Source: an uncultured Rhodobacterales bacterium (lineage in GTDB: Bacteria; Pseudomonadota; Alphaproteobacteria; Rhodobacterales; Rhodobacteraceae). Taken from it: a stretch of DNA of 64,000 nt. The stretch is from positions 248 through 64,247 of the forward strand of contig CAZRQN010000002.1 in NCBI GenBank assembly GCA_964602115.1. Reading direction: 5' to 3'. Each line of letters opens with the position of its first letter. The first letter of the stretch is position 1. The notes under the pieces are model-generated. The model was not told the DNA's origin. It worked only from the letters and a program-made list of their open reading frames with translations, and did not search any database. This document shows, piece after piece, positions 1-9,529 of this stretch. Position numbers and translations under genes: made by a program.

Positions 1-1
1 C

Positions 2-937
2 TCGCTTGACGCGCCGCTGGCCCGGCCGCTGATCGAGGCCTTCCAGCGGCAGGCGCCCGGCGTCTCGGTGCATTACGAGGACCTGCTGACCGGCGAGATC
101 GCCGACCGGGTGATGGCGGAGACCGAGCGGGGGCGCACGGCGGATTTCGTCTTTTCCTCCGCCATGGACCTGACGGTGAAGCTTGCCAACGACGGCTATG
201 CCCGCGCGGTGGATCTGCCGCTTGCGGCCAACTGGCCGGGCTGGGCGAACTGGCGCGACATGGCCTTTGCCCTGACCTTTGAGCCGGCGGTGATCGTCTA
301 TCACCGCCCGGCCTTTCCGGACGGGCCGCCTGACACAAGGGCGGCGCTGATCGACTGGCTGGCGCAGGCGCCGCGCGGCGCGATCGGCACCTATGACATC
401 GCCCGCTCTGCCGTGGGCTATCTGTTCCTGTCGCGCGACATGGAGCAGTTCGCTGACCTCTGGCCGCTGGTCGAGGCGATGGGCCATGCCGGGGTGCGCA
501 CCTTTCCGACCTCGCAGGAGGTGATCGAGCGGGTGAATAGCGGCGAGCTGCTCCTCGGCTACAACATCCTCGGCTCCTATGCCGCCGACCAGTCCGCGCG
601 CCTGCCCGATCTCGGCCTCGTCCTGCCGCAGGACTATGTCGTCGTCGTCAGCCGGGTGGCGATGGTGCCGCGCGCCGCCGCTTCGCCCGAGCTGGGCGAG
701 GCCTTTCTCGACTTCCTGCTCAGCCGCGAAGGCCAGACCCTGCTGGCCGAACGCCTGCGCCTGCCTGCGGTCAGCCTGGAGGTCGCCGGAAAGGACAGCG
801 CGGCGGCGATGCAGGAGGCGCTGGGGGCGCGGCTCAGGCCCGTCCCCGTTTCGCCCGGCCTGCTCGCCTATCTCGATCCGGCCAACCGCGCCCGCGTCCT
901 CGCCCGCTGGAAGGCGGCGCTGGAAAGCGGGGAGTAG
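2..937 (+). CDS. ABC transporter periplasmic substrate-binding protein (Fe3+/solute-binding type). The 5' end lies outside the window.
   Basis: The reading frame is open from nt 2 (SLDAPLARPLIEAFQRQAPGVSVHYEDL...), upstream of the listed ATG at 68. Length and composition fit a two-lobe SBP. The family call is by eye only. Confidence 0.6.
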   Translation, partial: SLDAPLARPLIEAFQRQAPGVSVHYEDLLTGEIADRVMAETERGRTADFVFSSAMDLTVKLANDGYARAVDLPLAANWPGWANWRDMAFALTFEPAVIVYHRPAFPDGPPDTRAALIDWLAQAPRGAIGTYDIARSAVGYLFLSRDMEQFADLWPLVEAMGHAGVRTFPTSQEVIERVNSGELLLGYNILGSYAADQSARLPDLGLVLPQDYVVVVSRVAMVPRAAASPELGEAFLDFLLSREGQTLLAERLRLPAVSLEVAGKDSAAAMQEALGARLRPVPVSPGLLAYLDPANRARVLARWKAALESGE

Positions 938-1053
938 TTTTCCGCCGGTGTCAGGTTGGTGACAGCTTTGTGTGCTGCACTGCCCCGGCTTGGGGGCCGC
1001 AACAGTCCCCGACAGATTCGGCGGCCCCAGCGCCGCCCCATGGGAGGATAGCG

Positions 1054-1998
1054 ATGAAACACGTGCTTCTCGGCGCGGCCCTGGCGGCTGCGCTGGCCGT
1101 TCCGGCCTTTGCCCAGGACTACACGATCATGGCCCCGGCCAATCCCGGCGGCGGCTGGGACGGCACCGCCCGGGCGATGCAGGAAGTGATGCAGGCCGAA
1201 GGCATCGCCGGGTCGGTCGAGGTGATCAACGTGCCCGGCGCCGGCGGCACCGTCGGCCTGGCCCAGTTCGCCGCCGACAGCGCCGGCGACCCGACCAAGC
1301 TGATCGTCGGCGGCTATGTCATGGTGGGCGCCATTCTGACCAATGCCTCGCCGGTGACGCTGAAGGACGTGACCCCGGTTGCGCGCCTGACCGGCGATAC
1401 CGAGGCGATCGTCGTGCCGGCCTCGTCCGACATCCAGACGCTGGGCGATCTGGTCGAGAAGCTGAAGGCCGATCCCGGCGCGGTGAGCTGGGCCGGCGGC
1501 TCGGCGGGCGGCACCGACCACATCACCGTCGGCCTTCTGGCCAAGGCGGCGGGCGTCGATCCCACCAAGATCAACTATGTCGCCTTCTCGGGCGGCGGCG
1601 AGGCGATGGCGGCGATCCTCGGGGCGCAGGTGACGGCCGGGGTCTCCTCGGTCGGCGAGTTCGCCGAACAGATCAAGGCCGGCTCGATGCGGCTTCTGGC
1701 CGTCTCCTCGGCCGAGCGCCTGCCGGGCGTGGATGCGCCGACCATCAAGGAAGCGGGCTTTGACGTGGTCGTCCAGAACTGGCGCATGGTTGCCGCCGCG
1801 CCGGGCCTCTCGGCCGACCAGCTGGCCAAGATCGCGGCCGATATCGAGAAGCTGAACGCCTCGGCGGGCTGGACCTCGATGCTGGAGGCCAAGGGCTGGG
1901 CGAATACCTATCTCGCCGGCGACGCTTTCCTTGCCCAGCTCGATGCCGACATCGCTGCGACCGAAGCGGTTCTGCGCGACGTCGGTCTGGTGAAATGA
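1054..1998 (+). CDS. tctC: Tripartite tricarboxylate transporter substrate-binding protein (TctC/Bug family)
   Basis: An ATG at 1054 follows GGGAGGA (1042-1048). The signal peptide is [20 protein letters not shown]. The mature N-terminus [16 protein letters not shown] and the motif NVPGAGG are typical of the Bug/TctC family. The gene is followed by tctB and tctA. Confidence 0.85.
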   Translation: MKHVLLGAALAAALAVPAFAQDYTIMAPANPGGGWDGTARAMQEVMQAEGIAGSVEVINVPGAGGTVGLAQFAADSAGDPTKLIVGGYVMVGAILTNASPVTLKDVTPVARLTGDTEAIVVPASSDIQTLGDLVEKLKADPGAVSWAGGSAGGTDHITVGLLAKAAGVDPTKINYVAFSGGGEAMAAILGAQVTAGVSSVGEFAEQIKAGSMRLLAVSSAERLPGVDAPTIKEAGFDVVVQNWRMVAAAPGLSADQLAKIAADIEKLNASAGWTSMLEAKGWANTYLAGDAFLAQLDADIAATEAVLRDVGLVK

Positions 1999-2483
1999 CC
2001 GGTGGAAACACCGAAGAACGCCGCCCCAGGGGGGCGGCGTTCGTCATCGCGGCAGGGCTCGCCGCTGTTGCGGCGGTCCTTCTGTGGGATGCGGCCGGAC
2101 TGAAGCAGGACGGCGGCTATGCCGGCGTCGGGCCCGCCGACGTGCCGCGCCTGATCGCCTATGGCCTGCTGGCGCTCGCCGCGCTGACGGCATTGGCCGG
2201 GTTCAGGGGCGACCTGCCCCATCCTCCGGCGCAGGCCCCGGCGCCGGTCCTGTGGATTCTCTCAGGCCTTGGCCTGCAGCTGGCGCTGCTGCACACCGCT
2301 GGTTTCATCGTCTCCGGGGCGCTGCTCTTCGGCTTCACCGCGCGCGGTTTCGGCCAGAGGCCCCTGTGGCGCAACCTGGTGGTCGGGCTTGTCATCGCCT
2401 TCGTCATCTATGGCGTCTTCGACCGCCTGCTGAAGCTGAACCTGCCCGGCGGGCCGCTCGAACAGATGATTTTCCGGGGGTAA
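1995..2483 (+). CDS. tctB: Tripartite tricarboxylate transporter small membrane subunit (TctB-like)
   Basis: The start overlaps the tctC stop as ATGA. The product is a 162-aa hydrophobic protein with about four predicted TM segments. It sits between tctC and tctA. Confidence 0.7.
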   Translation: MTGGNTEERRPRGAAFVIAAGLAAVAAVLLWDAAGLKQDGGYAGVGPADVPRLIAYGLLALAALTALAGFRGDLPHPPAQAPAPVLWILSGLGLQLALLHTAGFIVSGALLFGFTARGFGQRPLWRNLVVGLVIAFVIYGVFDRLLKLNLPGGPLEQMIFRG

Positions 2484-2489
2484 CGGCGC

Positions 2490-4004
2490 ATGGAAAGTTT
2501 TGGCCTCCTGCTGCACGGCCTGTCCACGGCGATGGATCCGCTGATCCTGTTCTACGCCCTGATCGGGGTGACGCTCGGCACCGCCGTGGGGGTGCTGCCC
2601 GGCATCGGGCCGGCGCTGACCGTGGCGCTGTTGCTTCCCGTGACCTATGGACTCGACCCGGCCGGTTCGCTCGTCATGTTCGCCGGCATCTACTACGGCG
2701 GCATGTATGGCGGTTCGACCACGTCGATCCTGCTGAACACGCCGGGCGAGAGCGCCTCGATCGTCACCGCCATCGAAGGCAACCGCATGGCCAAGGACGG
2801 CCGCGCCGGACCGGCGCTGGCCACCGCCGCCATCGGCAGCTTCGTCGCCGGGCTGATCGCCACGCTGCTCCTCGCCTTCCTTGCCCCGCAGGTGGTGAAG
2901 CTCGCGCTCACGCTCGGGCCGCGCGAATATTTCGCCCTGATGATGCTGGCCTTTGTCACCGTCTCGGCCACGTTCGGCGACAGCGCCCTGCGCGGGCTGA
3001 CCTCGCTGTTCATCGGCCTGGCGCTCGCCTGTGTCGGCATCGACGGCCTGACCGGCGCGGCGCGGCTGACCTTCGGCGTGCCGCAGCTGATGGACGGGAT
3101 CGAGACGACCACCCTGGCCGTCGCCCTTTTCGCCCTGGGCGAGGCGCTGGCAGTGGCCGGCACCATCGCGCCGGAGGAGGGCATGCACCAGATCAAGGGC
3201 CGCGTCAGCATGTCGGCCGAGGACTGGAGGCGGTCGTGGAAGGCCTGGCTGCGCGGGACGCTGATCGGCTTTCCGATCGGCTCGATGCCGGCGGGCGGGG
3301 CGGATGTGGCCTCGTTCCTGTCCTATGCGGCGGAGAAAAAGCTGGCCAAGTACCCCGAGGAATTCGGCAAGGGCGCCATCGAGGGGGTTGCCGGGCCGGA
3401 GGCCGCCAACAACGCCGCCGCCGCCGGCACGCTGGTGCCGCTGCTGACGCTGGGCCTGCCGACGACGGCGACGGCCGCGATCATGCTGGCCGGTTTCCAG
3501 CAGTTCGGGCTGCAACCCGGACCGCTGCTGTTCGTGATGAATGCCGAGCTGGTCTGGGGCCTGATCGCCAGCTTGCTGATCGCCAACGTGATGCTCGTGG
3601 TCCTGAACCTGCCGCTGATCGGGCTGTGGATCCGGCTGCTGTCGATCCCCAAGCCCTGGCTCTATGCCGGGATCATGCTCTTCGCCACGCTGGGCACCAT
3701 CGGGGTCAACCCCTCGCCGGTGGAACTGGGGATGCTGATCCTTTTCGGCCTGATGGGCTATGGGCTGCGGCTTTTCGGCTATCCGGTCGCACCGGTGGTG
3801 GTGGGGCTGATCCTCGGTCCGATGGCCGAGCAGCAGCTTCGCCGGGCGCTGTCCATCGCCCAGGGCGACTGGACGACGCTGGTTTCCACCCCGGTCGCGG
3901 CGACGCTGATGGTCATCACGGCGCTGTTCCTCGTCGTTCCGACGGCGATGCGCCTGCTGGGCCGTGGCCGGGCGCTGGCGCAGATGGGCGGCGATTCGGA
4001 CTGA
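2490..4004 (+). CDS. tctA: Tripartite tricarboxylate transporter large permease (TctA family)
   Basis: The product is a 504-aa polytopic membrane protein. The motifs GVLPGIGPA and [18 protein letters not shown] are characteristic of TctA. Confidence 0.9.
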   Translation: MESFGLLLHGLSTAMDPLILFYALIGVTLGTAVGVLPGIGPALTVALLLPVTYGLDPAGSLVMFAGIYYGGMYGGSTTSILLNTPGESASIVTAIEGNRMAKDGRAGPALATAAIGSFVAGLIATLLLAFLAPQVVKLALTLGPREYFALMMLAFVTVSATFGDSALRGLTSLFIGLALACVGIDGLTGAARLTFGVPQLMDGIETTTLAVALFALGEALAVAGTIAPEEGMHQIKGRVSMSAEDWRRSWKAWLRGTLIGFPIGSMPAGGADVASFLSYAAEKKLAKYPEEFGKGAIEGVAGPEAANNAAAAGTLVPLLTLGLPTTATAAIMLAGFQQFGLQPGPLLFVMNAELVWGLIASLLIANVMLVVLNLPLIGLWIRLLSIPKPWLYAGIMLFATLGTIGVNPSPVELGMLILFGLMGYGLRLFGYPVAPVVVGLILGPMAEQQLRRALSIAQGDWTTLVSTPVAATLMVITALFLVVPTAMRLLGRGRALAQMGGDSD

Positions 4005-4240
4005 CGGCGGCCGGCGATTTCCCGGGGCGCAGGCCGTACCGCCCGCGCGCAAGGGGCATGGGTGAACTCGCGTGTCCGGGCGACGGCCGCCCCGGTCGCG
4101 CGGGGATCGTGGATGACGTTCGTCGATCCGGTCCTGGCGGTGGCTGGGTCAGCCATGGTGGGCATATGCCGCCGCCCGAAGAAGATTCCAGCGGGATTTG
4201 GCCCCCCGGCGCGAAGGGGAGAAGGACATTGTTCGAATAC

Positions 4241-4263
4241 ATTAATTCGGATACCCTATTAAT
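4241..4263. promoter_or_regulatory. ATTAAT-N11-ATTAAT dyad (contains T-N11-A), a candidate LysR-type operator
   Basis: The sequence attaat tcggataccct attaat lies in an AT-rich patch 46-68 nt upstream of the LysR start at 4309. Confidence 0.25.
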
Positions 4264-4308
4264 GATCCGCTCGAGTCACGCGGGCGCGCCGGACCGAAGG
4301 ACACCTGC

Positions 4309-5232
4309 TTGTCGATCAACAGCCTTCAACTGCGCCATATCCGGTCGTTTCTGGCGGTTGCCGAACGGAGAAGCTTTGTCGAAGCCGCCAGCCATCTGGG
4401 CGTGTCGCAGCCTGCGTTGTCCCAGACGATCAGCCACTTCGAGCAAGTGCTCGGCGTCAAGCTCTTCACGCGCACGACCCGGCATGTCGAGCTGACAGAG
4501 AGCGGGCAGAAGCTTCTGAAGAAGTCGGGCGACCTGGACCTTGAAATCAAGAGATACTTCAAGGAACTGAAGGACATCCGCGACAGCGCGGGATCAACGA
4601 TCCGCATCGGCTATCTCATCGGCACGGGCGTTCAGATCATCCCTGAGGCCATCCGCCGGTTCGAAGAGAAATTTCCCAATGTAAAGGTCGATCTGGCCGA
4701 GTTCGACTTCAATCGTCCCGACGTCGGGCTTCGGGAGGGCGAGGTTGACTGCGCGATCGTCCGGCCGCCGATCGGACTTGACGACATCCAGCTGGATCAT
4801 CTGTTCCACGAAGGTTGCGTCGTCTGTCTTGCCGAAGGGCATCCGCTGGCCGCGTTCGACAGCCTCACGATAGCGCAGATCGAGGATGTGCCCGTGGTCG
4901 CGGCTCCGGGTTCCGGGGTCTGGCGTGACTACTGGCTGGCCCGCGACCTGAGGACGAGAGAATCGCTGAACATCGCGGTCGAGGCCGCCACGCTGGATTC
5001 GGAACTGCAGGCCGTCGCCACCCGGAAAGGGTTGAGCATCACCGCCGAGAGCACGGCCAAATTCTATGCCCGCCCCGGCGTCACCTTTCGCCCGCTGACC
5101 GACATGGACGACTGCAGTGTGGCCATCGGCTATCGCAGCGGCGGCAACCCGCGCGCACTTGATTTCGTCAAGATCCTCAAGAAGGTTGCCGAGGGCTTCC
5201 GCCGGGGTCAGGCGCCGGCCCAGACAGGCTGA
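4309..5232 (+). CDS. LysR family transcriptional regulator
   Basis: The N-terminal wHTH is LRHIRSFLAVAERRSFVEAASHLGVSQPALSQTISHFEQVLGVKLFTR. The length of 307 aa is typical. The first in-frame start is TTG. GC looks lower than in the neighbours. Confidence 0.85.
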   Translation: MSINSLQLRHIRSFLAVAERRSFVEAASHLGVSQPALSQTISHFEQVLGVKLFTRTTRHVELTESGQKLLKKSGDLDLEIKRYFKELKDIRDSAGSTIRIGYLIGTGVQIIPEAIRRFEEKFPNVKVDLAEFDFNRPDVGLREGEVDCAIVRPPIGLDDIQLDHLFHEGCVVCLAEGHPLAAFDSLTIAQIEDVPVVAAPGSGVWRDYWLARDLRTRESLNIAVEAATLDSELQAVATRKGLSITAESTAKFYARPGVTFRPLTDMDDCSVAIGYRSGGNPRALDFVKILKKVAEGFRRGQAPAQTG

Positions 5233-5577
5233 CCGACAGGGCAAGCCGAACAATCGACGGTTTCCTTGTTCCAGGGTCCGTGCCATCTCATCGTCTGGAT
5301 CGGTTCGTCCTGCAGGATTTGAGGCGGATCTTGCCAGGAGACGGACCGGCCCGGATCAAATGAAGGTCCCCTGACACGGCCCGACGGGCGGCTTGGTCTG
5401 GTTCTTCACGCCCCGGACAGCCGCCGGCCTTTGCCAACTTTCGCGCAGGGAACGCATCGCTGTCGAACGCGGGACACGACTTCGACGCCACTTCAAGGCC
5501 GCCGAGAGGCGCGGAAGCGAGGCCGTTCTCGTGCCGCGCACGGCGCGCGCCTGACGTGCAACAGGGCAGTGCCGCGC

Positions 5578-5601
5578 AATTTTTCGGCAGACCGGAAAAT
5601 T
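5578..5601. repeat. Imperfect 10-4-10 inverted repeat AATTTTTCGG-caga-CCGGAAAATT
   Basis: Read directly from the sequence, with one mismatch between the arms. It lies in an AT-rich patch of the 730-bp non-coding region upstream of the first GTPase gene. Confidence 0.3.
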
Positions 5602-5740
5602 TATCAACCTTTACAATATGGTACGGCGAAGCCCCGGGAAACGGCGGAGGCGACGGCGGCGCAGCAGTGTCCTGAAACCCGGACCCAATCGAGAGCCGCC
5701 AGGTCGCATTGTCCATCACAGGCCCGCAATCGCAGCGGTA

Positions 5741-5760
5741 TTGCGACACCCTTGCGACAC
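5741..5760. repeat. Tandem direct repeat TTGCGACAC-cc-TTGCGACAC (11-bp register)
   Basis: Read directly from the sequence, about 205 nt upstream of the ATG at 5964. It is preceded by the small dyad CGCAAT-N9-ATTGCG (5725-5745). Confidence 0.3.
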
Positions 5761-5883
5761 CAAGTTACCACATTCCGCCGGCCAATCGGGCGTTGTGAAG
5801 GTCGGTCGAAGCGAATTGCTGCCCCGGTGAAGGCGCCGGACAGCGGCGAAACGCCCGTCTTCAAGGGCTTGTTGGAGGAGTTG

Positions 5884-5964
5884 ATGCCGGACGCAGGGAC
5901 CAACCACCCCGCCGCGAAGCTTGCCGTCGGCAGCGCGGCGACAACCGGCGCGGAGAAGGGCTGA
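5884..5964 (+). CDS. Possible 26-codon upstream/leader ORF coupled to the first GTPase gene
   Basis: GGAGGAG at 5874-5880 lies 3 nt before an ATG at 5884. The stop TGA (5962-5964) overlaps the ATG at 5964 as TGATG. There is no homology evidence. Confidence 0.2.
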   Translation: MPDAGTNHPAAKLAVGSAATTGAEKG

Positions 5965-7994
5965 TGACAATGAACAGGCAGGAGCAGTTCCTTTCGGCCG
6001 GAAGCAGCGCCCTGGCGAACCGCGCGGCAGCATTGACGGACCTGTCCGGAAAGCTCCACCGGCTTTCCGGGCTGGCCGACGCCAGAACCGCCGACCGGGC
6101 CCGGGGCATGCGGGAGCAGATCGCCGCGTTTTCGGCTAAGGTCACGCTGATCGGTCAGGTCAAGGCAGGCAAATCCGCCCTGACCAGCATCCTGGCCGGT
6201 GTGCCGGGCCTGTTGCCGTCGGATGTGAACCCCTGGACTTCGGTCGTGACCACGCTGGTCCTGAACCCTCCGGTGACCGGCCCCGACCAGGACGTCAAGG
6301 CGCGCTTCACCTTCTTCGACCGCAAGGAATGGGACCATCTGGTCGTCGGCGGCGGCCGTCTGGGCGAACTCGCCGAGCGGACCGGGGCGGGAGAGGAACG
6401 GGACGACATCCGGCGGCAGGTCAATGCCATGCGCGAGGCGGCCGAGCGGCGCCTCGGGCGGCAGTTCGAACTGCTCCTCGGGCAGACGCACAGCTATGGC
6501 TATGTCGATAGCGCTCTGATCGAGCGCTATGTCTGCCTCAGCGACGATCCGGGCCAGCCGGCGGCGAACCCGAAGGCCGGGCGCTTTGCCGATGTCACCC
6601 GATCCGCCGAGATCCGGCTGAAGGTGCCGGCCTATCCGCTGTCGATCACCCTGTGCGACACGCCGGGCGTGAACGACACCTTCATGGTGCGCGAGCAGAT
6701 CACGATCCAGAATCTTCATGGCTCAGAGGTCTGCGTCGTCGTCCTATCGGCGCATCAGGCGCTCACAACCGCCGACATGGCGCTGATGCGGATCATCTCG
6801 TCACTCGACAACGGGCAAACGATCATCTTCGTCAACCGGATCGACGAGCTGAGCGACCCCGTGACGCAGGTCGGCGAAATCCGCGCCAGCATCAGCCGGA
6901 CCCTTCAGCAAAGCCGCATCGGCAACGAGGTGTCGATCGTCTTCGGCAGCGCCAAATGGGCCGAGGCGGGCATGGGCGGCAAGATGGAGGTCCTGAGCCC
7001 GGATTCGCTCAATTGCCTCAACAGCTATGCCGCAGCCGAGCCCGGCCTGCGGGGCTTGCCCGCAGACGAGATCGCCTGGCGGGCATCCGGCGTTCCCGCG
7101 CTGCTCCATCAGGTCGGCGAACGCATCAGCGAGGGCAGTGCCAAGCGCCTTGACGCCCAGATACGCCGCAGCACGCTGACGCTGACCAACGAGTTGCGCG
7201 CGGCACTTTCGGTCGGGCGAGGCAGCGGTGCAGGCGCGGGCAAGACCGGGCCTGAAGCGATCGATCCGGTCCGCGCCATCGCGGAAATCGCCGGCAGCCA
7301 TGGCCGCAAATGCGAGGAGTTCCTCGCGCGGCTCTCGGCGGAATTCCATGAAAGGCTGACGAACTCGCAGGCGACTTTCGTCAAGCGTGCGACGGACGCC
7401 CTTGTCGATTTCCTCCAGCGGAACGGCGAGAAGGGGACGTGGAGCTACGATGCGGCGGGGTTCCGCGCGTTGCAGCGCGCGGCCTACACGAGCTTTGCCC
7501 GGTCGATCCACACGACCGGCGGAAAGATGCTGGACGAGGCCGCTCAGGCGGTACAGTCGATCTACCTGTCGGTCCTTGGGCCGGATGTCGCGGACTTTGT
7601 CATTTCCGCCCCGTTGCCCCCCCAGGCGCCGCCGCCCGTCGGCCTGGGCAAGACCATCGCGCTTGACCTGCAGCAAAGCTGGTGGCGGGCCTGGTGGCGG
7701 AATCGGCGCAGCGTCGAGGAGTCTGCGCAGTCCTATGTTCACCTGATCAAGGCGGAGGTGCAGTCGATCAGCGACGACCTTGAGATCAGCAACGCACAGC
7801 CAGCCGTCGAGGCGCTGCGGAAAACCATGCAGGACTTCCTGACCGAACAACAGGAAAGCATCCGCCAGCTGATGGCGGCGAGATCAAGGCCTGCCGAGCG
7901 TGGATCACGGTCGGGTGGGCAGTCCGAAAACCATGAAGATCGTTTCACTTCGCTGGTCACTCTCCTGGGTGATCTCGAAGCCACGGCCGCGTGA
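5964..7994 (+). CDS. Bacterial dynamin-like protein (long form, 676 aa)
   Basis: The GTPase motifs are G1 GQVKAGKSALTSIL, G3 CDTPGVND and G4 VNRIDEL. A long helical C-terminal half follows, with the Trp/Arg-rich segment LQQSWWRAWWRNRRS. Confidence 0.85.
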   Translation: MTMNRQEQFLSAGSSALANRAAALTDLSGKLHRLSGLADARTADRARGMREQIAAFSAKVTLIGQVKAGKSALTSILAGVPGLLPSDVNPWTSVVTTLVLNPPVTGPDQDVKARFTFFDRKEWDHLVVGGGRLGELAERTGAGEERDDIRRQVNAMREAAERRLGRQFELLLGQTHSYGYVDSALIERYVCLSDDPGQPAANPKAGRFADVTRSAEIRLKVPAYPLSITLCDTPGVNDTFMVREQITIQNLHGSEVCVVVLSAHQALTTADMALMRIISSLDNGQTIIFVNRIDELSDPVTQVGEIRASISRTLQQSRIGNEVSIVFGSAKWAEAGMGGKMEVLSPDSLNCLNSYAAAEPGLRGLPADEIAWRASGVPALLHQVGERISEGSAKRLDAQIRRSTLTLTNELRAALSVGRGSGAGAGKTGPEAIDPVRAIAEIAGSHGRKCEEFLARLSAEFHERLTNSQATFVKRATDALVDFLQRNGEKGTWSYDAAGFRALQRAAYTSFARSIHTTGGKMLDEAAQAVQSIYLSVLGPDVADFVISAPLPPQAPPPVGLGKTIALDLQQSWWRAWWRNRRSVEESAQSYVHLIKAEVQSISDDLEISNAQPAVEALRKTMQDFLTEQQESIRQLMAARSRPAERGSRSGGQSENHEDRFTSLVTLLGDLEATAA

Positions 7995-8006
7995 GGAGAT
8001 ACTGTA

Positions 8007-9485
8007 GTGACCAAGTCCATTGACATGACGCAACTCGAGTCCTCGCAGAGCGTGACCCCTGCCGACAGACGGCGGGCCCGCGTCGGCCTGATGGGTGAAT
8101 TCAGCGCCGGGAAGACGACGCTGATCAATTTTCTGCTGGGCGAGAACATCCTGCCGACGCGCGTGACCGCGACGCAATTCCCGCCCGTCTGGATGAGCCA
8201 CGGAGAGCGGGATGCCTTCGCGGTCGCCCCTTCGGGCGAGGAGCGGCGGATCGGAATGGATGGTCTGGAAGCGGTTCCCCTTGCCGACACCGCCTATGTC
8301 AAGCTGACCTGCGAATCCGAGTTCCTGCGGGAGTTCGAGCTGATCGACACGCCCGGCATTTCCGATCCGAACCTCGCTGACGGCTACCGGCAGGCGATGA
8401 CGGTCGGGCTTGATGCGCTGATCTGGTGTACCCATGCCACCCAGGCCTGGCGCGAAAGCGAACGGCGCGCTTTCATGGCCCTGCCCGAGGAGTTGCGCGC
8501 CCAGTCGGTGCTGCTGGCGACACGGTCGGACAAACTGAGCCCGGAGGACCGCCAGAAGGTGAAGGGACGGCTCGACCGCGAGTGCGGCAGCCTTTTCCGC
8601 GAAGTCATCATGTTCTCCACGGTTGATGCCATTGCCGCCTGCGAGGCCGGCGATGAAGACGGGTTGTTTGTCACCAGCGGCGCGGATGCGCTGATTTCGC
8701 AGCTGCTGAAGATCGACGCCGACCTCAGTTCCCGGAACCTGCTCGCCGGGGTCGGGCCTGATTTCGCGCCGCAACTCCTCGCCGATCTGGAAAGCGAACC
8801 TGCCGACGAGCCGATGGAAGCGGCGGAACCGCCAAGGGACGATCAGGTGGTTGTCTCCCTGCAATCGGCCCGCGTTCGTCCCAAGCGCGTGGTCGCGCAG
8901 GGCCGGACGGGACAGGAGCGCATCAGTGCCGACGAGGCCGCCCGTTTCCAGGCCCAGATCCTGAGCACCGTGCCGCAGCCGCCGCAGGCAGGCACTCCCG
9001 CTGGCCATGCGGGTGACGTTCTGCCCTTGCGGCGTGTCACCCCGCCCGAGCCGGCTGCGGCCGGATCGGCATCGACCCTGCTGCTCGAACATCCGCTGCC
9101 GAAGACCGCCACGGCGGATGAACAGCCGGTCCGGCTGAGGGAGATCTTCAGCCTGCCGCCCGAGAGCGAGGCGGAAACTCCCGAAGCCATCGAAACCGCT
9201 GACGACCCGGGCGACGCGACAGAAATTCACTCCCAGCTTGCGAAGGTGATGGAGGAAATTGCGGCCGGGCTTGGCACGCTGCCGGCACGGGAAGACGCGG
9301 AGGAGGAGGAGACTTCGCCGACGCCGCCGCAGACGGATATCGAGATGCCGGAGCTTCCCGTCTCGGCCTCCGCGATCTGGCAGGCCATCGTCGCCGAGCA
9401 GTTGCCGGAGACGGTCTCCGACCTGGTTGCGGCGCTCGGTCAGTTCGCCGCGCTGCTGGATGAGAGGGGGCTGGTGCGTGCCTGA
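8007..9485 (+). CDS. Dynamin-family GTPase, short form with a long acidic disordered tail (492 aa)
   Basis: A GTG start lies 8 nt after GAGGAG (7993-7998). The motifs are G1 GEFSAGKTTLINFLLG, G3 IDTPGISD and G4 ATRSDKL. About 270 aa of Pro/Glu/Ala/Thr-rich sequence follow, then a short helical C-terminus. Confidence 0.8.
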   Translation: MTKSIDMTQLESSQSVTPADRRRARVGLMGEFSAGKTTLINFLLGENILPTRVTATQFPPVWMSHGERDAFAVAPSGEERRIGMDGLEAVPLADTAYVKLTCESEFLREFELIDTPGISDPNLADGYRQAMTVGLDALIWCTHATQAWRESERRAFMALPEELRAQSVLLATRSDKLSPEDRQKVKGRLDRECGSLFREVIMFSTVDAIAACEAGDEDGLFVTSGADALISQLLKIDADLSSRNLLAGVGPDFAPQLLADLESEPADEPMEAAEPPRDDQVVVSLQSARVRPKRVVAQGRTGQERISADEAARFQAQILSTVPQPPQAGTPAGHAGDVLPLRRVTPPEPAAAGSASTLLLEHPLPKTATADEQPVRLREIFSLPPESEAETPEAIETADDPGDATEIHSQLAKVMEEIAAGLGTLPAREDAEEEETSPTPPQTDIEMPELPVSASAIWQAIVAEQLPETVSDLVAALGQFAALLDERGLVRA

Positions 9486-9500
9486 TCTCAGCCGAACGGC

Positions 9501-9516
9501 AATTCCGGAATTCCGG
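9501..9516. repeat. AATTCCGG-AATTCCGG tandem, containing the 12-nt palindrome CCGGAATTCCGG
   Basis: Read directly from the sequence. It lies in the 44-nt spacer between the second GTPase gene and the Roadblock-like gene. Confidence 0.3.
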
Positions 9517-9529
9517 CCAGGGTGAACCC

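Noticed and set aside
2084-4495. An 803-aa plus-strand ORF, together with the 596-aa minus-strand ORF 2262-4052, overlapping tctB and tctA.
   Set aside because: Both are Arg/Pro/Gly/Ala-rich translations with no motifs. They are typical out-of-frame or antisense open frames in high-GC DNA. The tctA frame has clear family motifs.
5147-5159. TTGATTTCGTCAA, which resembles an FNR box.
   Set aside because: The spacer is 3 nt rather than 4, and the site lies inside the LysR coding sequence.
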